The notes under the pieces were generated by a model. It was not told where the DNA came from and made no database searches. It saw only the letters and a list, made by a program, of their open reading frames with translations. The translations under genes were made by a program, and so were the position numbers. This document shows, one piece after another, positions 1 through 10,781 of a DNA stretch of 64,000 nucleotides; position 1 is the first letter of the stretch, and each line of letters begins with the position of its first letter. Source of the DNA: Eledone cirrhosa. Taxonomy: Eukaryota. The DNA is taken from NCBI GenBank assembly GCA_964016885.1, contig OZ024741.1:106206001-106270000 (forward strand). Direction: 5' to 3'.

Positions 1-660
1 GGGGGGGTCGAAAATGATCCATTTTCCCCATACACTACGTATATTTTGGCATCTGCCAGCAGCTCCTTAGCTTTGCTTATATCTACTAGCAGATAGTCGA
101 GGGTTTTCCTTGCATTCTGGGCGGAGTCCTTTTCCTTGTTCATGTTGCTGTTGTTGTTATCATTGTTGTTGGTGTTGTTGTTGTTTTTGTTGTCTTTATT
201 GTTGCTGTTGTTGTTGTTTTTGTTGTCTTTATTGTTGCTGTTGTTGTCGTTGTTGTTGTTGTTGTTTTCAGGTTCTTGTATAGTTGTGGCTACATCAAGT
301 TGTTTGTCAGCAGGTGGAGAAAGTTCTACCTCTGGCTGACCTCTGCCTTTGGCATCTGCTGCTGTGACAGTGGCAGGGGGAAGCTGTGAGTTTAACTTCC
401 CTTTTCTTCCTTTGAATGTTGGTGAAGATGCTTCAGCCATTTTTATCAAAGTAGGATTTTTCGAAATTTTTCGAAAGATAAAATATTTTCACCAATATTT
501 CGCCTAAAGGCGTAGAATATTTTGAGAGATTGACCAGATCAAAAATTGATCTGGCAGTCCCTCTACAAAATGGTACAAAAATGAAAGTTTACAGTTAGGA
601 ATTTCTATGGAAATTTAGGCAGAACTTACCCAGCAAGTTTCACGCGTGTGTCCATCCCAG
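1..660 (-). mobile_element. Tx1/L1-clade LINE family A, 5' UTR and ORF1 N-terminus (continues left of the window)
   Basis: Near-identical to 20232-20893, whose ORF (20180-20683) aligns with ORF1 of the near-full-length element (SFAQTAGKTLDYLLVDISKAKELL vs SFADTVNKKQDFINLDISNARDML). The 5' end abuts (GATA)n. Confidence 0.75.
563..629 (-). other. Putative 67-nt spliceosomal intron in the Tx1 family A 5' UTR
   Basis: TGG|GTAAGT ... CCTAAC branch point ... TTTCATTTTTGTACCATTTTGTAG|. Same layout at 20797-20863 and in family B at 9402-9469. Confidence 0.65.
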
Positions 661-675
661 ATAGATAGATAGATA

Positions 676-750
676 GATATCTTTCTTTATTTGCCACAGG
701 GGCGTACAAAAATGGGACATTACAAGACGTAACGGCGGGGTTTTACATAA
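676..750 (-). mobile_element. Short Tx1 3'-terminal fragment
   Basis: Ends GCCCCTGTGGCAAATAAAGAAAG followed by (TATC)n, like the other Tx1 3' ends. Also at about 3556-3625, 20914-20985 and 23938-24005. Confidence 0.65.
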
Positions 751-957
751 AAATAACTTTAACATTAATAAATAACAATAAACTATATATAATAAAATAA
801 TAGATAGATAGATAGTTAGCTAGATTGACAAACAGACAGACAGAGACAGACAGACAGTTAGATAGAGAGGCAGATAGACAGACAGGCAGACAGACAGACA
901 GACAGATAGATACATAGACAAATAGACAGGGAGATAGATAGACAGATAGATAGATAT

Positions 958-2112
958 ATTTCTTTATTTACCATAAAGGCATAAAAAGAAGGGACAAATA
1001 CAAAGGGGGAGTTTACATAAAACCCAGTAAAAAGGGTATAAAATGAAAATAATCGAAAACAACCTCAAAAGGGAGGGGACGTGATGGGGTTGCACACACA
1101 CCCGAAAAAGTGTGCAATCCTTTGCCCAGGAAGCACATGGAGAAGGTGCTCCCCTCTCCTTCACTTCTTTACGTACAGGATGGTATACAGAGAAGGCCCA
1201 TTTACACGAGCCATTCTCGCCATTATCACCCACCTTTCATAAAACTGCCTGTGGCCAAGCACCTCTCTCTCCATTCTTATCCTTCTTCCGAAGTGATATC
1301 GGAAGAAGTAGACCAGACTATAGGCCAGAGAGGAAGTTTCCTGACCTCAGACCTTTCAATCGTGTGCACCAAACAACCTCTTTCAACATGGCTATTACGC
1401 ACAGAAAAACCGCCTTTGCTTCCTTTGTGAAGAGGGGAGGCGGCTTGATTGTCATCACGGACTCGGAGGTCAATCGAATCGGCGCCACCCGCGACAGCAG
1501 TCGTTCGGCGTAGCCCCACAGATCAGCCACGCCTGGACATTGCACCAATGCGTGCGCAACGGTTTCTTCGTGACGCACGCATCTAGGGCAAATCTTTTTC
1601 GAGGGATCCCTGCCCGGGCGCCCGTGTCTGTAGAGCCTCTCTCGAACGGGTAGAGCCCCCCGGTAGCACTGCCAGGCTAGTGACTTCTGGAAGTTGTCCA
1701 TTGGTCCCGGGCCGAAAGTCCTACCGAACAGGCTGGCCAGTTCGTCCTCTTCCATGTCCATCGACTCTCCAAGGGTGTCATCGCCCCTGCTAGCCACCAG
1801 CCCTCTATAGAATGATGAGGTGGATTCTCCACCGATGGCCTGGCCCGCTTGCCAGAGAGCCCTGAGCGCCTGAGCACACTCAGTGTGCCAGTCTCCCAGT
1901 CTGCTAATCCGGTTTCTGTAAGTTTCTTTTGCCGGTAAAGACAAATTAAGTTTCCAGTAACCGGGACCCTGTTTATGTGTTTTCTCGAGATTGACTACGC
2001 AGGTCACTAATTTGTGATCCGTATAGCCAACCGTGAGCATTTCTGGACAGCTTAATATGTCCCTATCCTTACTTCTAACTAAGAATCTATCTAAGTACGA
2101 TCTAGATTGTCT
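958..2112 (-). mobile_element. Tx1 family D, 5'-truncated, with an in-frame internal deletion removing the RT
   Basis: ORF 1318-2133 joins the endonuclease C-terminus (SYLDRF...TDHKLV...GPGYWKLN) directly to the ORF2 C-terminal Zn-knuckle region (CPRC...ETVAHALVQC). 3' end is AAATAAAGAAA+(TATC)n. Duplicate at 21188-22312. Confidence 0.85.
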
Positions 2113-2299
2113 AATAGGTAGATAGATAGACAAATAGACAGATAGATAGATAATTAGGTTATGATGACTATGACAATGATGATGATGTCAGTTCTCAGCC
2201 CCATGCAACAACAGATTAGTTCATTGTATGCTGCGTGCTCTGTCCACGTGAGTGATGAACATGAGGGTTGTAGAGTTTGTAGTTCTCCAACAAGGAGAC

Positions 2300-2356
<57 letters not shown>

Positions 2357-2552
2357 ACATACATATATACATATACCTACATACACACATTACACACAAG
2401 CTAGAAGGAGATTGTGACAGTAAGCAATTGTTTAATTGTTTAGAGACATTATGACCAGGTGTGATATATACATCCAGAGAGAGAAGGAATTGTAAACGTC
2501 ATTGGCAGCAATGGAGTCAGAAGAGTAGTAGTAGTAGTAGTAGTAGTGGTGA

Positions 2553-2605
<53 letters not shown>

Positions 2606-2702
2606 AGTACCCTATCATTAAAATTACCATTTTTTTACCTTCTTTGACATTCCATCTTGATATTTCCTTTTAAATTCTTTTTGGTTCACAAGACATTGTA
2701 TC

Positions 2703-3170
2703 TATAATAATTGTTTCTACTTTAGGCACAAGGCCAGCAATTATCCAGTGTCTTACTGGTACTTTATTTTATCGACCCTGTAAGGATGAAAGGCAAAGTC
2801 AACCTCGGCGGGATTTGAACTCAGATCGTAAAGGGGCGTAACTATGCTGGAAAGCATGGCGTCCGACTCTCTACCGATACTGCCAATCCACAGCCCTCTA
2901 TAATAATTGTTTCTACTTTCGGCACAAGGCCAGCAATTACCCAGTACATTACTGGTACTTTATTTTATCGACCCGTAAGGATGAAAGGCAAAGTTAACCT
3001 CGGCAGGATTTGAACTCAGAATGGCAAGGGCCGTAACTCTATGCGTCAAAGCATGGCGTCCGACATAATAATGGTTTCTTATATAGGCACAAGGCCATCA
3101 ATTTTGGGGGATAGTGAAAGTCGATGAAATTGACCCTAATACTGGTACTTTATTTTATTGACCCTGTGAA
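2703..3170 (-). mobile_element. Tandem cluster of tRNA-derived SINEs (about 3 units)
   Basis: A-box-like TGGCAGTATCGG, B-box GAGTTCAAATCC, and shared body GCCTTTCATCCTTACGGGTCGATAAAATAAAGTACCAG. Related copies at 23013-23480, 44080-44268, about 52985-53145, 56950-57160 and 57885-58110. Confidence 0.8.
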
Positions 3171-3317
3171 GATTGCTTTGGGTTTAAAATTGTCTCATTT
3201 TCACTAAGAAAATGGAATGGATTTTGTTGGACAACCCAATACATAATAATACATATTTGGGGTGAAAATTTACAGAAGTAGAAATATGTAGGGTGCTCAG
3301 AAGCAGAAAATGATGGT

Positions 3318-3473
3318 AACTACAGTCAGTTGCTGCTATAAAATAGCTTATTAAAATCTAGGAAAGACCCTTAGAGACAGAAAGATCTTTGTAGCAGCCG
3401 CTGTTAACATTTTTCTGTCTCTAAGGGTTCTTACCAAATTTGTATTAGCTATATTATAGCAACTGACTGTAAT
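3318..3473. repeat. Long imperfect inverted repeat (MITE-like or hairpin)
   Basis: ACAGTCAGTTGCT/AGCAACTGACTGT and ACCCTTAGAGACAGAAA/TTTCTGTCTCTAAGGGT arms. Duplicate at about 23628-23783. Confidence 0.75.
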
Positions 3474-3482
3474 TGCAATTAT

Positions 3483-3544
<62 letters not shown>

Positions 3545-3917
3545 TATAGATAGATATCTTTCTTTATTTGCCACAGGGGCGTACAAAATGGGGACATTAC
3601 AAGACCAATGGCGGGGTTTTAAATAAAAATAACTTTAACATTAATAAATAACAATAAACTATATATAATAAAATAATAGATAGATTTCTTTATTAGCCAC
3701 AAGGGCGCAACAAGAAAGGGGACAATACAAAGACATGCCGGGGATTTTACATACAGTCGTGTAAAAAATATAAAAACAAACAATTTCAACAATCGAAATC
3801 CCCAATAGGGGGAGGCGCCACAAATGGGTTGTTTAATACCCCGTCGATAGAACAACCCTCAACTCAAGGAGCGTGTTGTGCAAGTGCTCCTTTCTTCCTT
3901 TTGCTCTCTTCCTCAAC

Positions 3918-6900
3918 CTACAGGCTTATAAACAGAGAAGGCCCAATCACTCGGGCCATTTTCGCTTCATTCACCCACCTTTCAGTAAATTTACTGGGGT
4001 GCAGTGCCTCTCTCTCCACCCTGATTCTCCTTCTAAAGTGATACTTAAAGAATGGAATCAATTGTTGTCCGGAGAGAAAGGCATCTGTCCTCAGTCCTCT
4101 CAACCTCGTCCACCATATAACTTCTTTCACCATAGCCACCGTACAGAGGAAAACCGCCTCTCTTTCGTTTTTGAAAGAGTCTGGCGGTTTGATCCTTACT
4201 ATGGACTCGACAGTCAACTGTATTTGTCCCATACGCGACAGCAGTTGTTCTGCATAGTTCCACAGGTCGCTTACGCCCGGGCAGTCTACAATTGCGTGCA
4301 GAACTGTTTCAATGTCCTGCGCACATCTTGGACACGTCCTCTTGGAAGGATCTCTGCCAGGGCGTCCGTGCCTGTAGATCTTGTCACGAACCGGTAGAGC
4401 TCCTCGGTAGCACTGCCAGGCCAGGGACCTCTGGAAGTTGTCCATAGGTCCCGGGCGGAAAGTCCTACCAAACATACTGGTGAGCTCATCGTCTTCGACG
4501 CCCAGAGTCTCTCCGAGCACGTCGTCGCCCTTGTAACGTACAATCCCTCTATAGAATGTCGAAGTGGAGTCTCCACTGATTGCTGCGCCCGCTTGCCAGA
4601 GGACTGTGAGCGCCTGAGCGCATTCAATGTGCCAGGCGCCCATCGTTTTCGGTCTTTTCTTCACCCAGGACTGCAGCTCCGTTAGCGAGACGAGCTGTGG
4701 GAAAGCCTGTCTCACAAACGGTGCCCACACCGGTTGGGGGTCGGTGAGGAATACCTAGAGATGCCGCAGCCTCAGCGCATGTTTGCGCATCATCAGCCAC
4801 GGCATTCCCAGCCCTCCGTTGGAAGGGTGCTGACAGCAGACGGATCTGATCTCCTCACCAGCGGAGCCTGCTTCTTCCACAGAAACTGGAAGAGCATGCG
4901 TTCCATCTTGGCGAGGTGTTCACGGGGACAAGGCACGACAGTCAAGCGGTAGTAGATGACGGACGCTATGAAAGTGTTCGCCACCTCCGCTCGACCTTTC
5001 AATGACAGTTTGCACTCTGCCCACTTCTGAGTGAGTGCAAACACCTTGGCCGTGACCTCGTTCCAGTTTTTCTCCACCTGGAGGTCTGGACCGAACCAGA
5101 CCCCGAGCAATTTCACCGGTCCGTCCGTCCAGCGTCCAACGACGCTGTCGGATGTCATCGGTTTGCCTCTCCACGTACCGAGTTGCAAACCGACAGACTT
5201 GTCTGGGTTTAGTTTTGCTCCCGTCAGCGTTTCGTATTCTTTCAGTATGTTGCCGATCACCCCGATTTCCGAGGTGCTCGACACCATTACTGTCACGTCG
5301 TCGGCATAAGCCGACGCCGTTTTGCGCAGTCCCGGTTCTAGGGGGATGCCCTGCAACAGCTCCAATTTCCGCAGTAGTGGCTCTAGAGTCAATACATACA
5401 GAATGGAGGAGAGAGGGCATCCCTGTCGAATGGAACGCGTGATTGCGAACGGCTCCGATAGGTAGCCGTTCACCTTGACCCTCGAGCAGATGCTGGTGTG
5501 CATCGCCTCGATCCATCCTCTGAACACGGGACCGAAACCGGCCGCCTTGAGAACCGCTTCCAAGTATCGATGGTTGACCCTATCGAATGCCTTAGACTGA
5601 TCCAAGTTGATCAGAGCCCCACCGAAGCCGGGTTTACTACCCACCCTCTCTATGATGTATCGCATGAGGTGGAGGTTGTCGTGCATGGACCTGGTCGGGA
5701 TTGCACACGTTTGCGCTTTCCCTACCAGGTTCTCGACGACAAGCGCCAACCTCGTCGCTAGCACCTTGGCCAAAATCTTTAACTCTGTGTTGAGCAGAGT
5801 TATGGGCCTGAAGTTGTTAATTTCGTCCCCCTTGTTCTCGTCTTTCCTGATCAGCGTTACTACGCCCTTGCCTGCAGAACTGGGAATTCTCCCGTTCTGC
5901 TGCCAATTGCAGTAGACGGCTTCGAGGACGCCAGAGAACAAGTCCGGCATGCCTATGTAAAATTCGTAGGGTAGACCATCTAGACCGGGTGACTTGCGTT
6001 TCCCGCAGCGGCCCAGAGCGTCCCGTATCTCAGTGTCTGTGATCGGTCTTTCGCAGAACTCGGCGTCCGTGTTCGAGAGACGCGGCAGGCCGTCGAGGTA
6101 TGAACTAAAGTCCATTGCCCCGTTCGGCTCACCGTCGTTCCGCTCAAACAGTCGCGCAAAGTGCCGCTGAAAGGCCGCGCACATTTGCTTGGGGTCAAGT
6201 AGCACGCGTCCGTTTTGGTCTTTCAAAGACCGAATCGTGGACTTGTTGCCACTTTTTGCCTCCGCCACTCGGGCCCAGCTGACAGCTTTCGCTCCTTCGT
6301 TTCCTAGAGCACGTGTTTTGCTTCTGACCACGCAGCCTTCGTGTTTCGCATCGAAGAACTGGTCCAGTGCCGTTCTCGACGCTAACACTCTAGCCGCGTT
6401 GCCACTTCTAAGTGCCTCCTCTACCTTGGCTACTAGTTCTCTTTCTATTCTGTTTTTCTCTAAGGCTAACTCTCTGCTATACCCTATCGATTCTATTCTA
6501 ATTGCTTTCTTGAGAGAGTACCACCATCTATTGTTGACGATGGCTCCCGTTAACTGTTGCTTGACTAGTTTACTTATCCGTTCACTGTAAGCTTTACGTG
6601 CCGGCAACGACACGTTCAGCTTCCAGTATCCGGGACCCTGTCTATGTATTCTATCACGGTTGACTAAGCAGACGACTAACTTGTGATCTGAATAGGCAAC
6701 CATGTGCATTCGTGGACAGCTTAACATATCCTTGTCCCTTTCTCTAATGAAGAACCTATCTAAATACGATCTAGATGTCCCACTGCGGTTTACCCACGTC
6801 CACTGTGGTGCAGTCGGGAAATCCAGTCGATACCTATCGGCCAGTTGGAATTGGCCGATTAAAGTTTTGACGCTGTTGCACCCCGCTCTACTGGGACATG

Positions 6901-7369
6901 CTCCCACATAGTCCCATCGTGCATCTAGGATACCATTCCAGTCCCCCACTAAAAGTAAGGAGCGAGACGTTCCCAGAAAAGACTCTAGACGCTTAAAGAA
7001 GTCTGGCCGTGATTGCGATTGCCCGGTCGGGGCATAAACGGCCACCAGTCTGAAGGCTCCACCTCCGATACTGTTCACGTCTAGGACTACCAGTCTACCC
7101 TCCGGGTCCAAGTGTACTTGCTGTACTCCGACGTCCAGGTTCTTCCGAAACATAACAGCCACTCCACCTCCACCTCCTGGCTGACAGAGAGATGCGTAGA
7201 TCTCAAAGTCGTCGAAGATGGGGGTTAGTTGCTGCCTGTTGTGGATTCTGGACTCGGTGATGGCTATCACATCCATACTGTGTGACCTAAGGTCGTTTAA
7301 AAGTTGGCCCTGTTTCCAGGGCATCCCTAGGCCACGCACATTCACGGTTCCAACTCGTAAACCAGCCAT
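3918..7369 (-). pseudogene. Tx1 ORF2 (APE endonuclease, reverse transcriptase, C-terminal Zn finger), frameshifted
   Basis: Motifs NVRGL, VYAP, GDWN, SDH, KSPGLDG, FRPITLLN, DQSKAFDRV, RQGCPLS, AYADD and CPRC...HAIVDC. A 5-bp tandem duplication (GATCT twice, 4843-4852) breaks the frame. Confidence 0.92.
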
Positions 7370-7410
7370 GTTGGTGAAGAAAAGTTGGAGAAAAAGGACG
7401 AAAGGTGCAC

Positions 7411-9283
7411 TTACCTTTTCGTTTCCTGGAGATCGGGTTGTTCAATCTCCATTTGGGTGCTGGATGGGGTGTTGGGTGGGGTGGGGAAACCTTTCAACAG
7501 GACGCGGTTGATGGGTTTGTGGCAGGGGTTGCCCACGTCCTGTGAAAATTTAATTTTCAGGTCTTTATAGGTTTCCATAGAAACCCTTATAAGTTTAAGG
7601 TGTGGAGACGATTCTGCCTTGACGAAAGTTTTGCCCTCCGTCTCCACCTTGGGGTTTTGGGAGATGACCTCCATCAAACTCTTGTTGTTTGTGTTGATGT
7701 ATGCGTATTGTTGTTTGTGTTTTTGTTGTATTGTTTTTCATCTGGGAGTTTTCTTTTTATGGTGGGTGCTTGTGTTTGGGGTGGTGTTGGTGCTGGTTTT
7801 GCTGATAGGGGGGTGTTTGACTGTGGTGTTGTTTGTGTTGTTGTTTGTGTCTGTGGTTGTGTGTTGGTGTTGGTGATTGGAGTTTTGGGGGTTTTGTGGT
7901 GTCTCTTTTTTTGTTTTTGGGATTTCCGCGGTTCTCCCTCTTCTTCACTTAAAGAAGAAGCAGCAGCTTCATCCGTCGATGAATAATCATCGTCAGGTGT
8001 GTGGGGTAAGGGTATGTTGTGTGGTGGTGGTGGTGTTTCGGTATGTGTGTTTGTGGTAGTGTTTGATGGAGTGGGATGGAGTGGGGATGTGTTCTTCAGG
8101 GGTGTTGTCTCTGTTTTTTCTGTTGTTGTTGGTTGAGTGTCTGTTTGTTTTGGTGTGGTTGCTCGTTTCGTCTGTCGTTGTACTTGTGGTGGTGGTGGTG
8201 GTGGTTGTTTTGGTGTTGGTGTTGGTAATAGCGTTTTTTTTATGATGTTGCTGTTGTGTGTTTGTGGACAAGAGGCTTTTAGGTGAGATGTGCTACCACA
8301 GCGAAAGCAGTGAAATTTTCTTCCTTCTACCAAAATGTTTATTTTGTTGTTATTATCAATAACGACTCTTCCGGGTATTTTGGAGATTCTCTCCGGTTTC
8401 ATTTGCAACAGAATCTCCAAATCGGTGCCCGCCCACCTTTGTCGAATGGATTTTCGTATCGAAAGTATTATGTCTGTTTCTGGCTCTACGAAGCCAGCCA
8501 AGATCCACCAGATGTTAATGCTTGGAGGTATGTTTGTTATTTTTTTTTTTTGTGTCCTTTTCCCCATGTATGTAGGGAAAAAGGTGTATGCTTTTGACAC
8601 TATTGGTGTCACAGAGTTTTTTTGGGCCAGTGTCTCGCTTTTAAACAGTACGGAAACGCTTCCGTACTGTTTTCCTCGCTGGAGAAAATCGACATTTGCT
8701 AGAATCTCCTTGAAAGAATCTTCTATATCTGACTGGTTAACAAATGTCGGTTTTCTTGACGAATTTGACACAGTCCTAAAAGTGACTGATCGGCGGTTTG
8801 TGTCTTCCTTTATTTCAAGGGGTGAGTTAATTCTAAACCCACCTCTTTCTTCGAAAGTTACAAATTTTCTCCCTTGCTGGAGCATATCTCTTGCGTTGGA
8901 GATATCAAGATTTATAAAATCTTGTTTCTTGTTGACTGTGTCAGCAAAAGACATTTTCTTTTTTTTTGTGTGATGTTGTTGTTGATAATGATGTTATCGT
9001 TGTTGGAAATTGTATGTGTAGATGTATCTGTAGAGTTGTTGATGTCTTTTTCATGTGTATGTATGTCAATGGGTTTTTTTGCCGTGTTTTCCCGTGTGTT
9101 ATTGTCATTTTTCTCCGCTTCGGCGGTAGAAATTGTAACATTTTCAAATGTTGATATATTTTTTTCTTTTGTGACAGTATCTATGGCAACGTCCATAGCA
9201 GCAGAAGCAGATATAACGTTAATATCTGCCTCTTTCTCTCTCTTTTCACTATTAACGTTCTCCAGCGTTCTAGTGTTGCTCAA
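7411..9283 (-). pseudogene. Tx1 ORF1 (gag-like, CCHC zinc knuckle, low-complexity P/T/Q region), split at two A-runs
   Basis: ORFs 8912-9283, 7674-8954 and 7411-7677 join via single-base shifts at homopolymers (about 8960 and 7736). CFRCGSTSHLKASC knuckle present. Confidence 0.8.
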
Positions 9284-9401
9284 GTTTTTTTTACTTTGTA
9301 AAATTTGATATTTTAAGACAAACTTTTAAATAAAATTTTCGCCCCTACAGGGGCGAAAAATGGGATTACCACCCAGCTGACAATTCAGCTTGGGGGTTAA
9401 T

Positions 9402-9469
9402 CTACAAAGTGTTGTATTTTTTTCAAACAATTAGATCGGTTTTTGCATAGAAATTAACAAAAAACTTAC
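9402..9469 (-). other. Putative 68-nt spliceosomal intron in the Tx1 family B 5' UTR
   Basis: CCG|GTAAGT ... TCTAAT branch point ... CTTTGTAG|. Same position and length as the family A intron. Confidence 0.62.
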
Positions 9470-9529
9470 CGGCGATATTCCACACGTTAGACAGAAAGAT
9501 AGATAGATAGATAGATAAAATAATAGATA

Positions 9530-9906
9530 TATTTCTTTATTAGCCACAGGGGCACAAAAGAAGGGGACAAATACAAAGGAGGAAGTTTACATACAATAAA
9601 AACGTGTAAAATGTTATCACAGATGGAATTTAAAAGTTAGTCGATTTTCCCCAATAGAGGGAGACAGTTTATATGGGTAACACAGACCCCCGAAAAAAAT
9701 GTGCAACCCTCATCTCCAGGAGTACGAAGAGCTTGTACTCCTTTCCTCTCCTCCTCCTTTTCCTCAACCTACAGGCTGATATAGAGAGAAGGCCCATTCA
9801 CTCGGGCCATTCTCGCCACTTTCACCCACCTTTCATAAAACTTGCTGGGGTACAGCACCTCTCTCTCCATCCTGATTCTTCTTCCAAAGTGGTATTTGAA
9901 AAAAAG
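9530..9906 (-). mobile_element. Tx1 family C, 5'-truncated copy
   Basis: ORF2 C-terminus and 3' UTR matching 11512-11950; flanked by AAAATAATAGATA at 9517 and 9907. Confidence 0.85.
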
Positions 9907-9909
9907 AAA

Positions 9910-9958
9910 ATAATAGATAGATAGATAGATAGTTAGCTAGATTGACAAACAGACACAC

Positions 9959-9991
<33 letters not shown>

Positions 9992-10629
9992 GTTAGATAG
10001 AGAGGCAGATAGACAGACAGGCAGACAGGCAGACAGACAGACAGATAGACAAATAGACAGGGAGATAGATAGACATCATCATCTTCATTATCACCACCAC
10101 TGCCACCATCATCATCATCATCACCATCATCACCATCACCATCCTCCTCATCATCACCATCACCGTCGTTATTATCACCATCATTACCACCCTTATCATC
10201 ACCACTACCACCACCATTATCATCATCATCACCATCACTATCACCATCACTGTCATTACCACTGCCATCATCACCATCACCATCATAGTTACCATTGACG
10301 TCATCGATAATTACCACAATAATAAACAGAATGCTAACAACAATAACAACAACAACAAAAGGAAAGGTTGAATTTTTGTATTCTATTCTCCATATTTTTC
10401 CAGTGAGTTATGACAATATGTTAATGTAAGGTTAACAGCAATCTACACACACACATACACACATACAGACACATACACAACCATACATATACACTCACAT
10501 ACACACATACACATACACACATACACATATATACATATAAACACACACACACAGTGGAAGTTATACTAGTCATGTGTTTTGTTCCATAGTGATGTAGAAA
10601 TGTCATCTTAGAGGCTCTCTTTTTTTGGA

Positions 10630-10660
<31 letters not shown>

Positions 10661-10713
10661 TACACACACACATATACATATACATACACACACACACATA
10701 TATATATGCATGC

Positions 10714-10780
<67 letters not shown>
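9910..10780. repeat. Compound microsatellite block: (GATA/GACA)n, (CAT/CAC)n, (CA)n, (TA)n
   Basis: Direct reading; duplicated at about 24055-25000. Confidence 0.9.

Positions 10781-10781
<1 letters not shown>

Larger units (their letters stand above)
3685..9516 (-). mobile_element. Near-full-length Tx1/L1-clade non-LTR retrotransposon (family B)
   Basis: ORF1 with CCHC knuckle; ORF2 with APE endonuclease, RT and C-terminal Zn motif; 3' AATAAAGAAA+TATC; target duplication AAAATAATAGATA at 3670-3682 and 9517-9529; absent from the duplicate copy (empty site near 24050). Confidence 0.93.

Noticed and set aside
2800-2895. tRNA gene
   Set aside because: The A and B boxes belong to a SINE head; no cloverleaf is evident.
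3915-3945. ORF2 stop CTGTAG as the acceptor for the ORF1-end donor
   Set aside because: Not conserved in families D and E, and an upstream AG would compete.
4920-6911. Antisense and alternate-frame ORFs within LINE ORF2 sequences
   Set aside because: Shadow ORFs of GC-rich coding sequence with no recognisable motifs.
7672-7677. TGATG stop-start coupling suggesting a third Tx1 ORF
   Set aside because: More simply a 1-nt indel in the A-run near 7736; the alternate frame reads continuously into the 88-aa ORF.
9937-10317. His-rich and Asp/Gly-rich ORFs (also 24077-24463)
   Set aside because: These are (CAT)n and (GACA)n microsatellite translations with no evidence of splicing or homology.
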